In this document: positions 12,846-25,700 of the stretch, in pieces
Layout: each line of letters begins with the position of its first letter
Numbering within the stretch: the stretch's first letter is position 1
NCBI GenBank assembly: GCA_958009085.1
Contig: OY253676.1
Coordinates: forward strand, 186,001-250,000
DNA: 64,000 nucleotides
Source of the DNA: Protoeuglena noctilucae
Taxonomy: Eukaryota
Reading direction: 5' to 3'
Made by a program: the position numbers and the translations under genes
The notes under the pieces: model-generated
The model's input: only the letters and a program-made list of their open reading frames with translations
What the model was told of the DNA's origin: nothing
Databases searched by the model: none

Positions 12846-14098
12846 ATGTCAAAGTTTAATAGGTGTGGCAGGGACACCGGACTGGGCCAAAGGACCTTCC
12901 AGCTCTTCGCGGGCCGTTTTCGTGATGTTGAGACCGTTTTGCTTCCGCATTCCCGCTCGCGCCGCTCTTTGACGATGACCGGAGCAACGTCCGCGTCCTT
13001 CTGCTCGCAGCAACGACGCGCTAGTCAACAGCCTGAAGCAGCGCGGCCTCATCACCGACCGCCGGGTGGAGGACGCCTTTCGCTGTGTGGACTGGGGCAA
13101 CTTCATCCCATCGAACCAGGGACCGCCCTACGAGGACCGTCCTTATCCGATTGGATGGTGCGGCCTCGCTTGCCACCACACCACGCCAAGGCTCGCCCTC
13201 CTCCCAACACATGGCGCACCTCGCTCGCAGGAACGCCACCATCTCGGCCCCTCACATCCACGCCATCAACCTCAGCATCCTCGCCCACCACCTGCGCCCT
13301 GGGAGCTCGGCGCTGGACGTGGGCAGTGGCTCGGCTTTCTTCAGCTGCCTCATGGCCCATCTCGTGGGCCCCACGGTGTGTGCCTACACATGCTTACACG
13401 CTCGTGTCAGTTGCCGTGGCAGAGCCGAGCAATGTGACCTTTTTGTGCTGCGCAGGGCCGTGTCCTGGCGGTGGAGCACGTTTCGGAGCTGGTGACGCAG
13501 TCGAGGCGGAACGTGGAGCGGCTGGCCGTCTCTCCCCAGGGCGCCATCATCAGTGCGTCTGCTCGCGGCTTCCCTCTGACAATGCAGCGATAGGCAGGCT
13601 GATGCAGCTGTGCTGATGCAAGCTGATGCAGCTGTGCTGATGCGGGGCACCCTGCGCGTGGATTGCCTCGCAGGCAACATGTGGAGGGACGGGCGCTTCA
13701 ACATCCTGGTGCGCGACGCCCGAGCGGAGAACTTCGTGGGCGGTGGCTTCGACGCCATCCACGTGGGCGCGGCCGTGGACTCGCTGCGCAGCGCGGAGCA
13801 TTTGGCGGCCATGCTGCGTCCGGGGGGGCGCATGGTGGTGCCCGTGGGCAAGGAGTCGCAGGCCCTCATGGTCGTGGATAAGGGCATGAACGGACGGACG
13901 CATGAGGCGAGATACGACCGAAGCAGACCCCGGGGGTTGCATCGTGCTGCAAGGACATCACTCAAGCGTCCGCCGCTAGTGGCTCGACGGTGGGGTTTGC
14001 GATCCAATGTTGCCGCAACTCTCTCGCCGCAGTGGAAGGCCGGGGACGTGACGACGGTTCCAATCACGTCGGTAGAGCACCAGAAGGGCAAGCGTTGA
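12846..14098 (+). CDS. PIMT: Protein L-isoaspartate (D-aspartate) O-methyltransferase, multi-exon
   Basis: SNDALVNSLKQRGLI, PYEDRPYPIG, NATISAPHIHA, SAM motif ALDVGSGS, VLAVEHVSELV, FDAIHVGAA, LRPGGRMVVPVG. Confidence 0.92.
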
Positions 14099-14331
14099 GG
14101 GTTGCGCGAGTCGACGTGCGCAGTGCCTTCACACCAGCTAGCGGGGCACCTGCTGCAGAAACGCAAGCTGCAAGGCCAAAATCACCGAGAGTGCAGTCGC
14201 AGCAGCAGCCAGGGCAGGACGCCGTCCGGCCATTGAATCCCTGCAACGCCTCTGGTGCAAAATGCCAAAGAGCAGCCGTGGCGACCCGCATAGGCACCCC
14301 GCATGGCGTTGGGCGCGTCTGAACAGGCTAG

Positions 14332-17300
14332 CTAGCCACGAACCACAACCTCGCCCGCCTCCGCAACCGCCTCCGCAGCATGGCCCGCGGCGTGCCCGTC
14401 AGACCCCGAGTGGCCCTCCCGAGCGTCCTTGCCGCCCACGGAGTGCACCTCCCCATCGCTTGCCCCCTCGTGCTTCGCCGCCGCCCCGTGGCCCGACCCC
14501 GCACCGTCGCTCACGCCCTTGACCTCCTCAGCGTGCTCCTTCGCCTTCGCCGCGGCAGTGGAGTGCGCCGCGTCCACAACCGCCTCCTTCTTGGCAGGGG
14601 CCTCTGCGATCTGCTTGGGCTCCTCAGCCTTGGCAGGCGCCTCCGCCTTGGCCTCCGCCTTGGGCTCAGCCTTGGGCTCCGCCTTGGGCTCAGCCTTGGG
14701 CTCCGCCTTGGGCTCAGCCTTGGACTCAGCCTCAACCTTGGCAGGGGCCTCGGCCTTGGTCTCAACCTTGGCAGGGGCTTCCGCCTTGGCCTCAGCCTTG
14801 GCAGGGACCTCGGCCTTAGCAGGCGCCTCCGCCTTGGCATCGCCGGCGTGGGCTGCCGCCGCCCCCGCCTCCTTCACCTCGTGCTTGGGGGCAGCGGCAG
14901 CCTTGGCCGGCTCCGCAGTCGACTCCTTCGCCGCGCTCTGCGTCGCGGCCGGCGCCGGCTCCTCGACCTTCACGGCCGAGTGCGGCGCCGCGGCAGGGGC
15001 CGAGTGTGCCACCGCCGCCGCCGCCGCCGCCGCCTTGGCCGCGTCCTCTGTCTTCGTCTTCTGGGGCGCTGGGACCGCGTCCTTGTCAGCCCCGGCGCTC
15101 ACCGCCTCGGCCTTGGTGGACCGGGCCTCGGACGCGGCAAGGAGGCGGTCCGATGCGTCGTCGCCCATGTCCTCCATCCTGTCGCGCATCGAGTCCATCT
15201 GGGTCGACATGGCCTCCGACGCGGCCGTGAACCTCTCCGAGGCCTCGTCGCCCATGTCCTCCATCCTGTCGCGCACCGCCTGGGCGACGTTGGCCATCGA
15301 CTCGCCCACGTGCGCGTCGGACGTAGCCTCGCGCACCGCCTCCATCGTGCTCTCCATCCGGCTCGTCACGGCCTCCGAGGCCGCCGTGAACCTCTCCGAC
15401 GCCTCGTCGCCCATCTCCTCCATGCTCTCCCACACCGCCTGCGCCGTCCTCATCACGGCCTGCCGCAGGTCCTCGAGCTCCCGAAGGACCTCCGGGTCCG
15501 TGGCCACCGCCCTAACCGCCTGCACGAGGAAGATGGCGGCCTTGCCCGCCGGCGAGTTGGCCGCCGCCTTGCGCCACTCCTCCGCCTTGACCGTCGCCGT
15601 CTCCTGCGCCTCCGTCAGCTCCGTCGCCAGCTTATCCACGCGAGCGGCCATGTCGTCGAAGCGGTTCTGGATGCCCGTGAGCACCTCCGACACGTTGCCC
15701 GTGGCGGTGGCGGCCGCGCGGGCCACGCCCTCGGGCACCGGGATGCGCATCATGGGCGGCAGGTCCATCTCGGGGAGGCTCGGCAGCGAAGAGAGGTTCG
15801 CCGCGGGGAGGCTCGGCATGGGAGGGAGGCTGGGCGCCGGGAGGCTCGGCACCGCGGGGGGGCTCGGGAGCGGGAGGCTGGGCACCGCGGGGGGGCTCGG
15901 GAGCGGGAGGCTCGGCGCCGACACGGTGATCGTGGCGGGGGCGCCCGGCGGCGGGGGAGGGCTCGGCATCAGGAGGCCGGGGACCGTGGGGAGGCTGAAG
16001 GACCACGGCGCTACGGAGCTCGGGATCTCTCGGAGGGGCATCTCGGCCAGGCTGGGGTCGTGGTGGCCGGGGTCGTAGTTGGCGTGGCCCATGTCGCGCT
16101 CTTGCTCCGCCGGGTCGGCCGCGCCCTTCTTCAACGCAGCGGCCAAGTTGCCCAAGAAACCCTACAAAGACGCGGAGCGGGGGCGGGGAGTTGTTGCCCT
16201 TGCCTCGCTCCTGCCGGGCCGGAGGGCCCGCCGAACAGGGAGCAAAGGGAGAAACAGCGACATCGCAGCCGATATGCGCGGCGCAAGGTCAAGACCGGGC
16301 GGGACAGGCGGCCGAGGGCCTAACGCTCAAACGGAATAGTCAATTCCGAGCGCTGCCCGCCAAACTTGGTCGTACAGCACCGCTGCTCCACTACCTGGCG
16401 TGTCCCGAAGAACTCTTGCTTGTCCGGGCCGCTGGTGCTGATCATGATGTTCTCCACGATGAGCGCCGCCAGTCCTGCGGCGCGGGGAGGTCGGGCCGCC
16501 GCTCGGGGGCTCGCAGCGGGCGGGGCCGGTCAACGCGGCTGCGCAGCCCCGTCGCGCCTCACCTGCCACCGTCACGAGCGCCGCCGCGTTCCTCATGCCA
16601 CTTCGCCCGCACATCGACGCCTGCGCGGCCGACTTGTCGCGGCTCGCGGCCGCGGTGGAGCTGCCCGAGAACACAGCGCGCTGCAGCCAGGGAACACGCG
16701 CGGCGCTTCGTAAATTTCGGCGCCCAGGTCGCGATGCAATCGACATGGCCAGATTCGCTGGAATCGGGCACGGCGGCGCCGAAAGCGAGGAGCGGCGGGC
16801 GCAGCATGCGAGATAAACCCCCGCTCACCTCGGAGGACGTGCGTGGGGACGCCGAGGGCGTCGAGGAGGGCGCGGGGGAGGGGTCGCGCGCCGGAGGAGG
16901 GGGAGGAGACGCTTTTTTCTCCAAATCGACGACGGGCTGCTCGATGGCCACGGGCTGGGGTGCCGGGGGAGCCTCGCGGCGAGCCTCGGCCCTGGCCACG
17001 GCCGGCTCCTCCTTCCTCGACTCCTGCTGCTTGCGCTGAACATTGAGCTGGTCGTCCTCCTTCGCGATGTAGGCCGGGATCCACTCGGGCTCCGCGGGCT
17101 TCGGGGGCGCCTGTAGTAGGGAAGCGAAAACATAATTCGCCTCGCCGGTCGGCGGGGCGGGCGCCCGCGTCGGCCCCCGCGCGGAACCTGTGCAATCGCC
17201 GCTCACCTTTTCCAGGATCGGCTTCCGGAAGGCGGCAGCCAGCCGCGCGACCGTGGGCAGCGGGGCGGCCCTGCGCTCGGGGGCCTTCCGGCCCCCGCGG

Positions 17301-17999
17301 GCCGACGTGGCAGCGCCGGCGGCCTCCGAGTCCTTCTCCTCCTCCGTGGCGGGCTTCAGGACGCCGCCCGTGACGCCGTACTTGAGCACGACGGTGCCAT
17401 CCTCCTTCGGGAGAACACGGTTCTCGCCAGGCTCCCACTCGACCGGGCCGCGCTCGTCGCAGACGACCACTTTGTACTCCGATCCCTTCGCGGCGTCCAC
17501 CTCGAGGACCCAGACGTCGTCATCGGACCAAACCATCGTTGGCGCCGCTGCCGCGTCCCACGCCCCTGCAGGAAGGGCGGAAGCGACGGCGAATGAGCGC
17601 CGGGGCCCGCGGGGTGGCAAAAATTTCAAAAACGTCCCGCAGGCACCGCGCGGCGCCGGTCGCGCGGCCGCAGGCGGCTCGCGCGCGTCTCCGTGGCTCA
17701 ATTTGATCGGGACCCCACGCCCTGCCCTGCTACGCGAGCGCGGGCGTCGCGGGCCCTTGGAGCCCGCGTCGCGGGTCGCTGCGAGCGCACGCACCAAGAC
17801 TCTCGTCAGATCCGACGACTCGGAGGCTCTGGCCGAAGGCCACGCGCTTTTGGCACGTGAGCTTGATCGCCTCGGTCCGGACCAGGCCACGACGGCTCAC
17901 GGCCGCCCGCGCGGGCGCCAGGCCGGGCGACAAGCCATGAGGGACCTTGTGGACGCCGTCGACGCGGCGCAGGCGCGCGCCGGCCGTCGTCGCCTCCAT
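14332..17999 (-). CDS. CBM20 starch-binding protein with predicted TM segment and long repetitive C-terminal region, multi-exon
   Basis: Spliced CBM20: IKLTCQKRVAFGQSLRVVGSDESLG|AWDAAAAPTMVWSDDDVW...EYKVVV...VEWEPGENRVL. The exons join in frame through AAALVTVA|GLAALIVENIMI to a ~610-codon last exon with PSLPLPSPPAV, MEDMGDEASERFTAASEA and AKAEAP/AEPK repeats. Confidence 0.75.
14625..14840 (-). repeat. Coding tandem repeat (12-18 bp units) encoding AKAEAP/KAEP
   Basis: Repeated gccttgggctc(a/c) and ccttggcagg units. Confidence 0.85.
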
Positions 18000-18422
18000 G
18001 GGGGCGACCAACGCTGCGACGAAGCTTCGCGGGAGTGAGCGCGCCGAAGAGCTACGGGCGGCGATCGCCGTGTCGTCCGGACAGAGAGCGCCGAGCGAGG
18101 GCGTCGGCGTCGGGAAGGCCCGATTCCCGGTCAGACGGAGGGCGATTGGTCGGACTGGGGTGCCAGGCGCGGGAAACGGGATTACTTCCGACCACGGCGT
18201 AGCAGATGTGTAGAATTGCGCCGAAGCGCTCCAGCCTCGCGCAGGGTGTCACAGGGTGTGGCTTTTCTCGGAGGGTGCTGTGCGTGGCAAGCCAGATGCT
18301 CCTTTCGAGTGCTGTAGGGACATCTATGACGATTGGACGTCGGTAGGACCCCCTAGTCCCTTCCGCGGGGCAGCAACCTTGCATCTCTGCCCTGCGAGCG
18401 CCTGGTGGCGCAAGATGAGCGA

Positions 18423-21400
18423 ATGGGGGGCCGATTCTCTAAGAATAAGAGAGAGAAGGAGGCAGAAGAGGCCCTGAGCAAGGTGGGAGAGGCCACACCT
18501 GAAGCGAATCTGCACAGCGTGCGTGCGCTGTGGGCCACCCTCCTGAGCTAACATTGCCTCCCAGAGACGTCGTGAGGAGGAGGATAAGCGACGACAGAGA
18601 GATGAGGAAGAAGCAAGGCGACTCCAGCAGCTCAGGCAGGACCAGCGGGCGGAGGCGCAGCGCAAGCAGGAGCAGGAGCGCGAGGAGGCCCGACGGCGAC
18701 AGCTGGAGAACGAGCAACATCGTGCCCCACTTGGGGATCGCGAGGATGCGGAGGATGACGAGCGCGGCGGCCCTGCACGCGCTGGGCCGCCGGAGACCAC
18801 AGCATTGCCGGGGCAGGGCGGCGCGTCCCTGCCAGGGCGCTGGAGCGGGTGAGGGCCCGCCCAGAGGCGCGGCGCCCGGCAACGTGGCTCCTCCCTCATT
18901 GCCGAACGCTCGACCCTGCTCGCAGCATGCGACTGTGCGCGTGCTCCTTCCAGGCCCCGGCTGGTCTCATCCACCTGACGCTCTTGGTCGTCTGGCGCGA
19001 CGCCGTCATCGACCGGGCCAATCACCATGATGGTGACTCGCTGCGGCAGGAGCGCTTGGAACGCCTTCATCTGGGTTCTGCCCCTCAATGCCGCGTGTCA
19101 TTTGTGTGTCAATGACGATACGCTGTTCACTCTCGCAGGGGCCCGTCGCCAAGAGACCCTCCCAGCGCTGTCAGCGAGGGCCCTGCTGGAGCGCGGGATG
19201 GGCCTCTTACAGACCATCACGCAGGCCGCTCGGGGGCTACCCCAGCCGGGCCCTGACCCCGACCCCGACGTGGCGGTGTTTCTGGCGCACGGCGGCCGCC
19301 AGGTGGCGTCCGCCACGCTGCCCCGCTCCGAGTTCCGAGACTTGGCTGGGCAGCCCGTGCACTCGGGTGAGCCTGGCATGGCCTTGCCGACCGTGGCTCC
19401 GTGCGCTGAACAGGCTGCTAGAGATTGTTGCTGCGCGATGCTAAAAATGCACGCTTAAGCGACTGCCCTTGCAGTGGAGGTGCACGCGTCGGGGGGTCGC
19501 GTCGCCTTGACGGCTTGCGTGGGGAGCTGCATGTGGGTGTTCCCGCTCGCTGGGCCAGGCAGGACGCCGCTGGCGGACCCGAGGGCGTGGCCCTTCGTTG
19601 GCGAAGACTTCGACTGCATCGAGCTGTACCACGATGACCACTGGCACCGGCGGCCCGGTCGGGGCAGGCGAGTCAGTCTCTGTAGAAACGGCGTCACATT
19701 GGGCTGCAAGGCATCCTCGATCTGACAGCAGTGGGGACCTGTGCCGCTGCTCGCGTCCGCCGCAGGTATCCCCCAACCGATGGCCCGGCACCTGGTACTT
19801 TACCTGAGAGCCCAAAACCAGGCCAAGCATCGTTCGAGGAAGAGGGTCTGGGGTTCAACAGCGTAACGTTTGCAGAGGGTGTGGCTGCCAGGCCGGCGGG
19901 TGCAGCTGAGGCAGGGGTCGGTGAGGGGCCAGAGAGCACAGTGGACAGCCGGGGGGCGGCGGGGGGTGCGGTGCCACCAACAGAGGCAGCCGGCCCCGTG
20001 CCTGCGTGGGAGCTGCGTCCGGTGCGCCAGCTGTTGGACGGGAGCCTCCCTGGCGCCGGCGATGCGCGGGGCTCCGAGGCAAGCGCGGAGGTGAACGCCG
20101 CGGGCATGCCGCGGTCGACCCTGGGGTGCACGGCCTCGCCGGACGGCCTGCTGTGCTGCACGACGCCGGGGTCCGTGTCTCTGGTCAGCCCGTGCTTTGG
20201 AGCCATGGACCGCGTGCTCGTGCCCACCAACGACGCCTTCCCGGGCATCGCCGGCGCCGTCATGGTCCCCGCGCTGGACCCGGCCGTGTCGAAACGTGCC
20301 CCCGCCGCCGCTCACTCCTTCTACGACGCCCTGCTCTGGGACGGGGCTGGGGCTCTGTACGCCGTGCGCCAGGGCGTCGCGCCGGGAGAGGTGGGACTGG
20401 CGCCGCTGCTGAGCCTATCGATGCCCCACATCCGGGCAGCGGTCGTGCACCCCGTGCGCGTCCCGGGCACTGGGGTGTTTGGGGTGCTTTTCGTGAATGA
20501 GACGGGCGAGATGGCGTACGTAGCAGCCGAGGAGGAAGACAGAGGGACCGGGGGAGGCATGGCTGCGCAGCCGGATCGCAGGCGAGTGTGGGCTGCCATG
20601 CCAAGCGCTTGCGCCACCCGCGACGATGGCCGGCAGTGCTGACTTGCCGCCCTGATCTTTGTTCTCTGCAGCCCGCGTGCCTCCTCACCCAGCGCCCTCC
20701 ACCTACGCGTCTTGTGGCGTGCCGAGGCCCTGTGCCCGGTCGTCGGTGCTGTGTTCCTTTCGGATGTCGCGTGCGTGGCCACGTGGGGCACAGAGGGCGC
20801 CATGGAGCTCCGGTCCCTCCGCGTCGGGCCAGGCGCCCTCCTCGCCAGATTCCAGCGCGAGCCGGCGAGCCCCTTCCGCGGCGCGGTCGTCCTACCCGGC
20901 GGCGCCTTGGTCGCTTGGGATGCGGGGGGTGTCGTGTCGCGGTTCGATGCGGCGGCCGTGCTGCCGCGGCCCGGCCCTGGCTTCAAACGCGCGCCCGACG
21001 CCGGGCCGGAGGACAGAGACGCGCAGCAGGGAAAGCGGCACGCGCTGACCCGCGCAGCAGACGGGCACAGCGGGGGCGAGGGCGGGTTGGGCATCGATGG
21101 CATTGACGTGGTGCGTGTGTTGTCATTCGACGACGCCGGGCCTCCTGGGACGCCGGGGGAGAACGGCGGCTCGCCGCGAGCGGCGCCGCGGAACGTTGGC
21201 GGAGCGGGGGTCACTGCAGGGGCCATGCTGGGCCCGACCTGGGTTATGACGGACCATGAGGGGTCGGAAGGCGTGCAAGGCGTGGCGCTGCTCCCGGACC
21301 TCACGTACGGTCTGTCTTGGTCCGTCGGAGGGGACCGCATACTCTACTGGTCTGTCAGGCAAGTTGTCATGCGATGCCCCGCAGGGGTCCTGGTTTTAAT

Positions 21401-22185
21401 CTGACCCAGCAGTGGCGACGAACCAAGCGATGCCTGCACGCAGGGACGGCCAGGTCGCTTCGCACCTGCCCATGGTGTCGGCCATGCTGTGCCCGGAAGC
21501 GGCCATGCCCACACGGGCGCAGGCCCGAGGGCTGGCGAGGCCGCCCCCTCCAGCGCCAGGGAACCTGGGCCCTTCCACGCCCCGGCCTCTGCAGCCTGGC
21601 ATCGGATTTGATGATCCTGAGGAACTAACCAGGGGCCCGCTCGACCCCACGCATCCTGAGTCCCAGTCGTCCCGGCCCCCGTCCCACCGCAGCGCGCCGG
21701 GCACATCTCGGGGCTCGTCCGCCCGACGCAGCACGTCGTCGGAGCAGTGGAGCCACGCGAATGAAGCTGGCGCGGGCAGGGGTAGGGGGAGCGCCAGGGG
21801 CCGGGAGGGGCGCAGAGGCCCACCAGTGCGTGCCCGCGGACCCGACCACGCGGGCGTGGAGCTGGTGTGGGGCGGCACGGCCGTCGCGCTGGTCGATTCC
21901 AACGGGGAGCGATGCCAGCTGATGAGCCTCGCGCGCGCCGCGCGACGCATCCCTGCGTTCGTCTTCGCGGTCGGCAGCCCCGTCGCCGAGGTCGCCTACG
22001 CCGAAGCCCGTCACGCGAACGGCGCGGTCGATCGCGCCGTGGTTGCCCGCGACGTTCACGGCGTCGTGCATGTGCCCGCAGCCCGGCCAGTCCCTCCCCC
22101 GGGCGGGGGCAGAGGCCCGGCTTCGGGCAGCCCGCATCCCCCGCCTGGTCGCGGCAGAGGTCGGGCTGGCAGAGCGCCGCGGTAA
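18423..22185 (+). CDS. Hypothetical protein: N-myristoylation-type N-terminus, charged coiled coil, divergent beta-propeller (WD40-like) region, multi-exon
   Basis: Exon 1 MGGRFSKNKREKEAEEALSK splices in frame to RRREEEDKRRQRDEEEARRLQQLRQ. Later exons have beta-strand/turn patterns (CVATWGTEGAMELRSL; HEGSEGVQGVALLPDLTYGLSWSVGGDRILYWSV). Confidence 0.55.
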
Positions 22186-22767
22186 ATAGACTCTCTCTCC
22201 CCCCAATTGCATGATTCATTGTTGATGATTGATGATCCCCATCTCGGCAGCTGTCAGGCCTGACATTTGGATTTGGACGGACCCGCGCCAGCGCTCTAGG
22301 CGCGCGGCCAGCGAGCGACTCGAGTCATTGCATGCCTGTTGAATGGCGACGTGACACTTTATTCGACGAAGGGACTGTTTGGACTGCGTGCGGGTGAGCG
22401 TCGATTCAGGGAACGCGGCCAAATGGCCGTGATGGGGCTTTTGCGGCGCAAAATTGATGAGGAGTCTGCGCGGCGCTGCTGGGCCTCGCACTGCACGCTC
22501 GGGGCGCTTCAAATTTTGGAGCATGCGCATGCATGTGCACAGCGCCCCGGACGCTGTGCGAATGCTCACGCACCCCAGTCCCGCGTGTCCTGACAACCTT
22601 TCCATTGATAACGCGCCGCGGATCCGGAGCTCTGGACGAGGCCTGATCACGAACCCACCCTGCCCCCTGCAGCGACGAGTTAGATACGTGAGTTTGCCGC
22701 CACAAACATCAGTCGCTACATACGAGAAGCACAGTGCATGCAACAGTAGGGAGAGCAGACGAGGGAG

Positions 22768-25700
22768 ATGGAGGCTGAGGACGTGGGGGCTGAGGCCACC
22801 CCGGCACCGCCCCAGCCGCCCGCGGAGGACCTGCGGGAGGCCTGGCTGGTGTCCCGCGTGGCGGAGGAGCTCTTGGTTGATGAGACCATCGTGCGCCGGG
22901 CCATCAAGGAGGCTGATGAGGGGCTCCTGCAGTCTTTCCTCGACGGGGGTGCGTGCCGCGGCTTGGCGGAGCCACTGCGGCGCGAGAGACAGCCCTGGTC
23001 CGTCCTGCTTCATACATGACATCGTTGGCGTCCTGTCCCGCAGGAAGGGACGGCGTGCAGTCCCTCATTTTCACGGTGAACCGCAAGCGTCCCGTTGCAC
23101 CTGTGGACGCGCCCCCGGCCTTCGCGGCGCCCGAGTCCCGGTGGTCGCTGCGACAGCGGGTAGATGACGATGATATGGACGCGAACGATGACGGAGAGGG
23201 CGCGACGGTCCAGGAGGGCGAGGAGGCAGAAGCGGACGCGGACGACGCAGCAGCGACTTCCAATCCGGTGAGGCCACGGCGATGGAGATGCGTCGGCACG
23301 CTTGCGACAAAACAATGCAATGAATTTGGGAGCTGTGTGGCTTCCCGCTTTGCCGTCAATGGCTCATCGCAGACCCCTTCTGCTTCTCACAGGTCGGAGG
23401 CTCGAGCCCCGCCGCCGAGCCCGTCGCGCCACCGGAGGACGCGGCTGCAGATTCTCCGGTTGCGACAGAGGACGGCGCGGTGGCCGCGGAGGGCGACGCG
23501 GCGGACGGGGCGGGGAGTGCAAACGGTGATGCGGGCGCCGCAGCCCAGGAGGGCTCCGAGAGCGGATCTGGGGACGGCGCCGCCCCCCGCGAGGGCACGC
23601 CGGTTGAGGAGGACGGAGTGGAGGCCGCAGCTGCGGCAGCGATGACCCGGGACGCGGAGGCAGAGTCGCTGGTGGTCTGCGTGTTTTCGGTGAGCGGCTC
23701 GCATGCGGCACTGGCAGGCTGTTGTCCTTTCTGCTGTCGCCATCTCACTGCACTTGACTCATTCCGCGCGCTGAGGACGCTGTTGCCATTGCAAATGGCC
23801 CGTCACACCTCACTCGGTTCGCTTGCCATCCGTCCGCAGGCCCACCTGGTTCCTCAGTCCCACCGCGACCAGGAGTCCGTCTACTTCGTCCGCCAAGTCC
23901 CAGGATCGCTCGTCTTCGAGAAGATGAGCGAACAGGTCGACGTAGGCTACCTCACCGAGGGCCTCTCGCTGCCGAGCTGGGAGACGCTCTTAGGGAACGT
24001 CTTCCTTCCCATCCTCCAGGTCAGGACCCATGCAGATACTACCCATGCAGATACTGGGCAGTACCGCGCGGACGGTATCTTGCACTCAACCACATGCACC
24101 CGATGCGCTGGGCACCCACCCTCGCTGTCCCCCGCCCACGTGCCGCTCGTATCCGCCGCCGCAGTCCGCCAGCCAGTCGGCGATCTCGGCCTCGGGCATG
24201 CCGTCGGTGGCCAACGAGACCATCACTGCCCTGATGTCCGACATGGTGGCCCACGCCCAGCGGTTCCTGGCACAGCTGTCGCTGGGGGTGCAGCAACTCT
24301 TAGGCGACATCCAGCTGCCCATCCCGTCGGAGGAAATCGGGGACATTCACGCCGCCGCCGCCGACTACGACCTCGTGCACAGGCTCGAGCACGTCGTCAA
24401 CGAATGGGTGCTGATGGTCCAGCACGTCATCGCACAGGCAAGCGGCCACGCACACTAATGGTACTGCACACCCTCAGGCGCGCACCTGTCAGGCTCGCCA
24501 CACGCATGCCGCTCACAAAAACTGCACGTCGCACCTTCCCGCAGGAGATGCAAAAGACGCCCGTCGGCCCCGGCCCTCTGGCGGAGATCGAGTTCTGGCG
24601 CCAGCGCAACGCTGTGGTCGGTTCGCTGTACGAGCAGATGAACGCCCCGGCAGTCCAGCGCGTCGTGCAGGTCGTGGAGCTGGGGTCGCAGGACAAGAAG
24701 CTGCTGAGGTAAGCTCCGGCGCCTGCAGCAGGGAGCGCGACGGGCGAGGGTGGCAGGCGTGACGACACGGTCGTCGACCCGCCCTTCCCGCAGCACGTTC
24801 CGGGCACAGAGCCTGGAGCTCACCAAGGTCTGTTTGGAGGCCCGCGACAACGTCAAGTTCCTCACGACGCTCGAGCGCCACTTCAAGAACCTGGCCAGCG
24901 GGGACCTGGCACTCATGCTCGACACCCTCGTGTCGGAGCAATCGGAGAACCGTGATAAGGAGTCCGGGCCCATGTTCAGCGCGTTGCGCATGGTCTGGAT
25001 CATCTCGAGGCACTACTCGAACGACCAGCGCATGGGCACCCTGCTGGAGCGCATCAGCGCCGAGGTGCAGGGGCAGGTCAAGGCCCAGATTGACATCGGG
25101 CCCTCGCCCCGGGGGGTGTTTCAGGCGAGGGCCGCCGCGATGCCTCGTCATGCGCACTGCTGTCGTTGCCGGGCTTGGCCAGTGCCCCTGGCCGCATGGC
25201 AGCATGCATGGCGGCATGCATAGCACCGTGCGCCGTCGCCATGGTCGACCCGTGCTCGTTTGCCGCCTGCAGATCCCCGCGGCAGACGCGGTGCGGAGTC
25301 TGAGCACCGCGGCGTCTGTGCTGACCGAGTGGAAGGTGCGATACAACAAGACCCGCGAGGACCTGGCGAGCTCGGTCAACCGGTGGGAGTTCAACCGCTC
25401 GCGCCTCTTCGATGCCACCGACTACATGGCCGCCATCTGCGAGGACCTGCGCTTCATGGTCGTCGTCGTCGACGACTTCGCCAAGTTCCTCGGCCCGGAG
25501 CTCAAGGCCGTCACGGGCAACGCAGAGGTGAGACACGGCGCACTGCGCACGGGGCGCGGGGCTCCGCAGCGCTTTGCAGCCTTGCAGCATGTGGATGCTC
25601 GAGGCAGAGTCAGCCGCAAACCGGTGAAGTCAGCATAATTATCACGTCCTTTCCGCGCAGGGCATCGAGGCCGTGCGCGCCAAGGTGGTGGAGATGCGGC

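Noticed and set aside
13598..13643. Short intronic tandem repeats (also ~5895-5922, ~6628-6675, ~24027-24056)
   Set aside because: Ordinary 2-3 copy slippage duplications with no further structure.
14380..16323. 647-aa and 549-aa plus-strand ORFs
   Set aside because: Antisense to the repetitive last exon of the CBM20 gene; low-complexity mirror translations.
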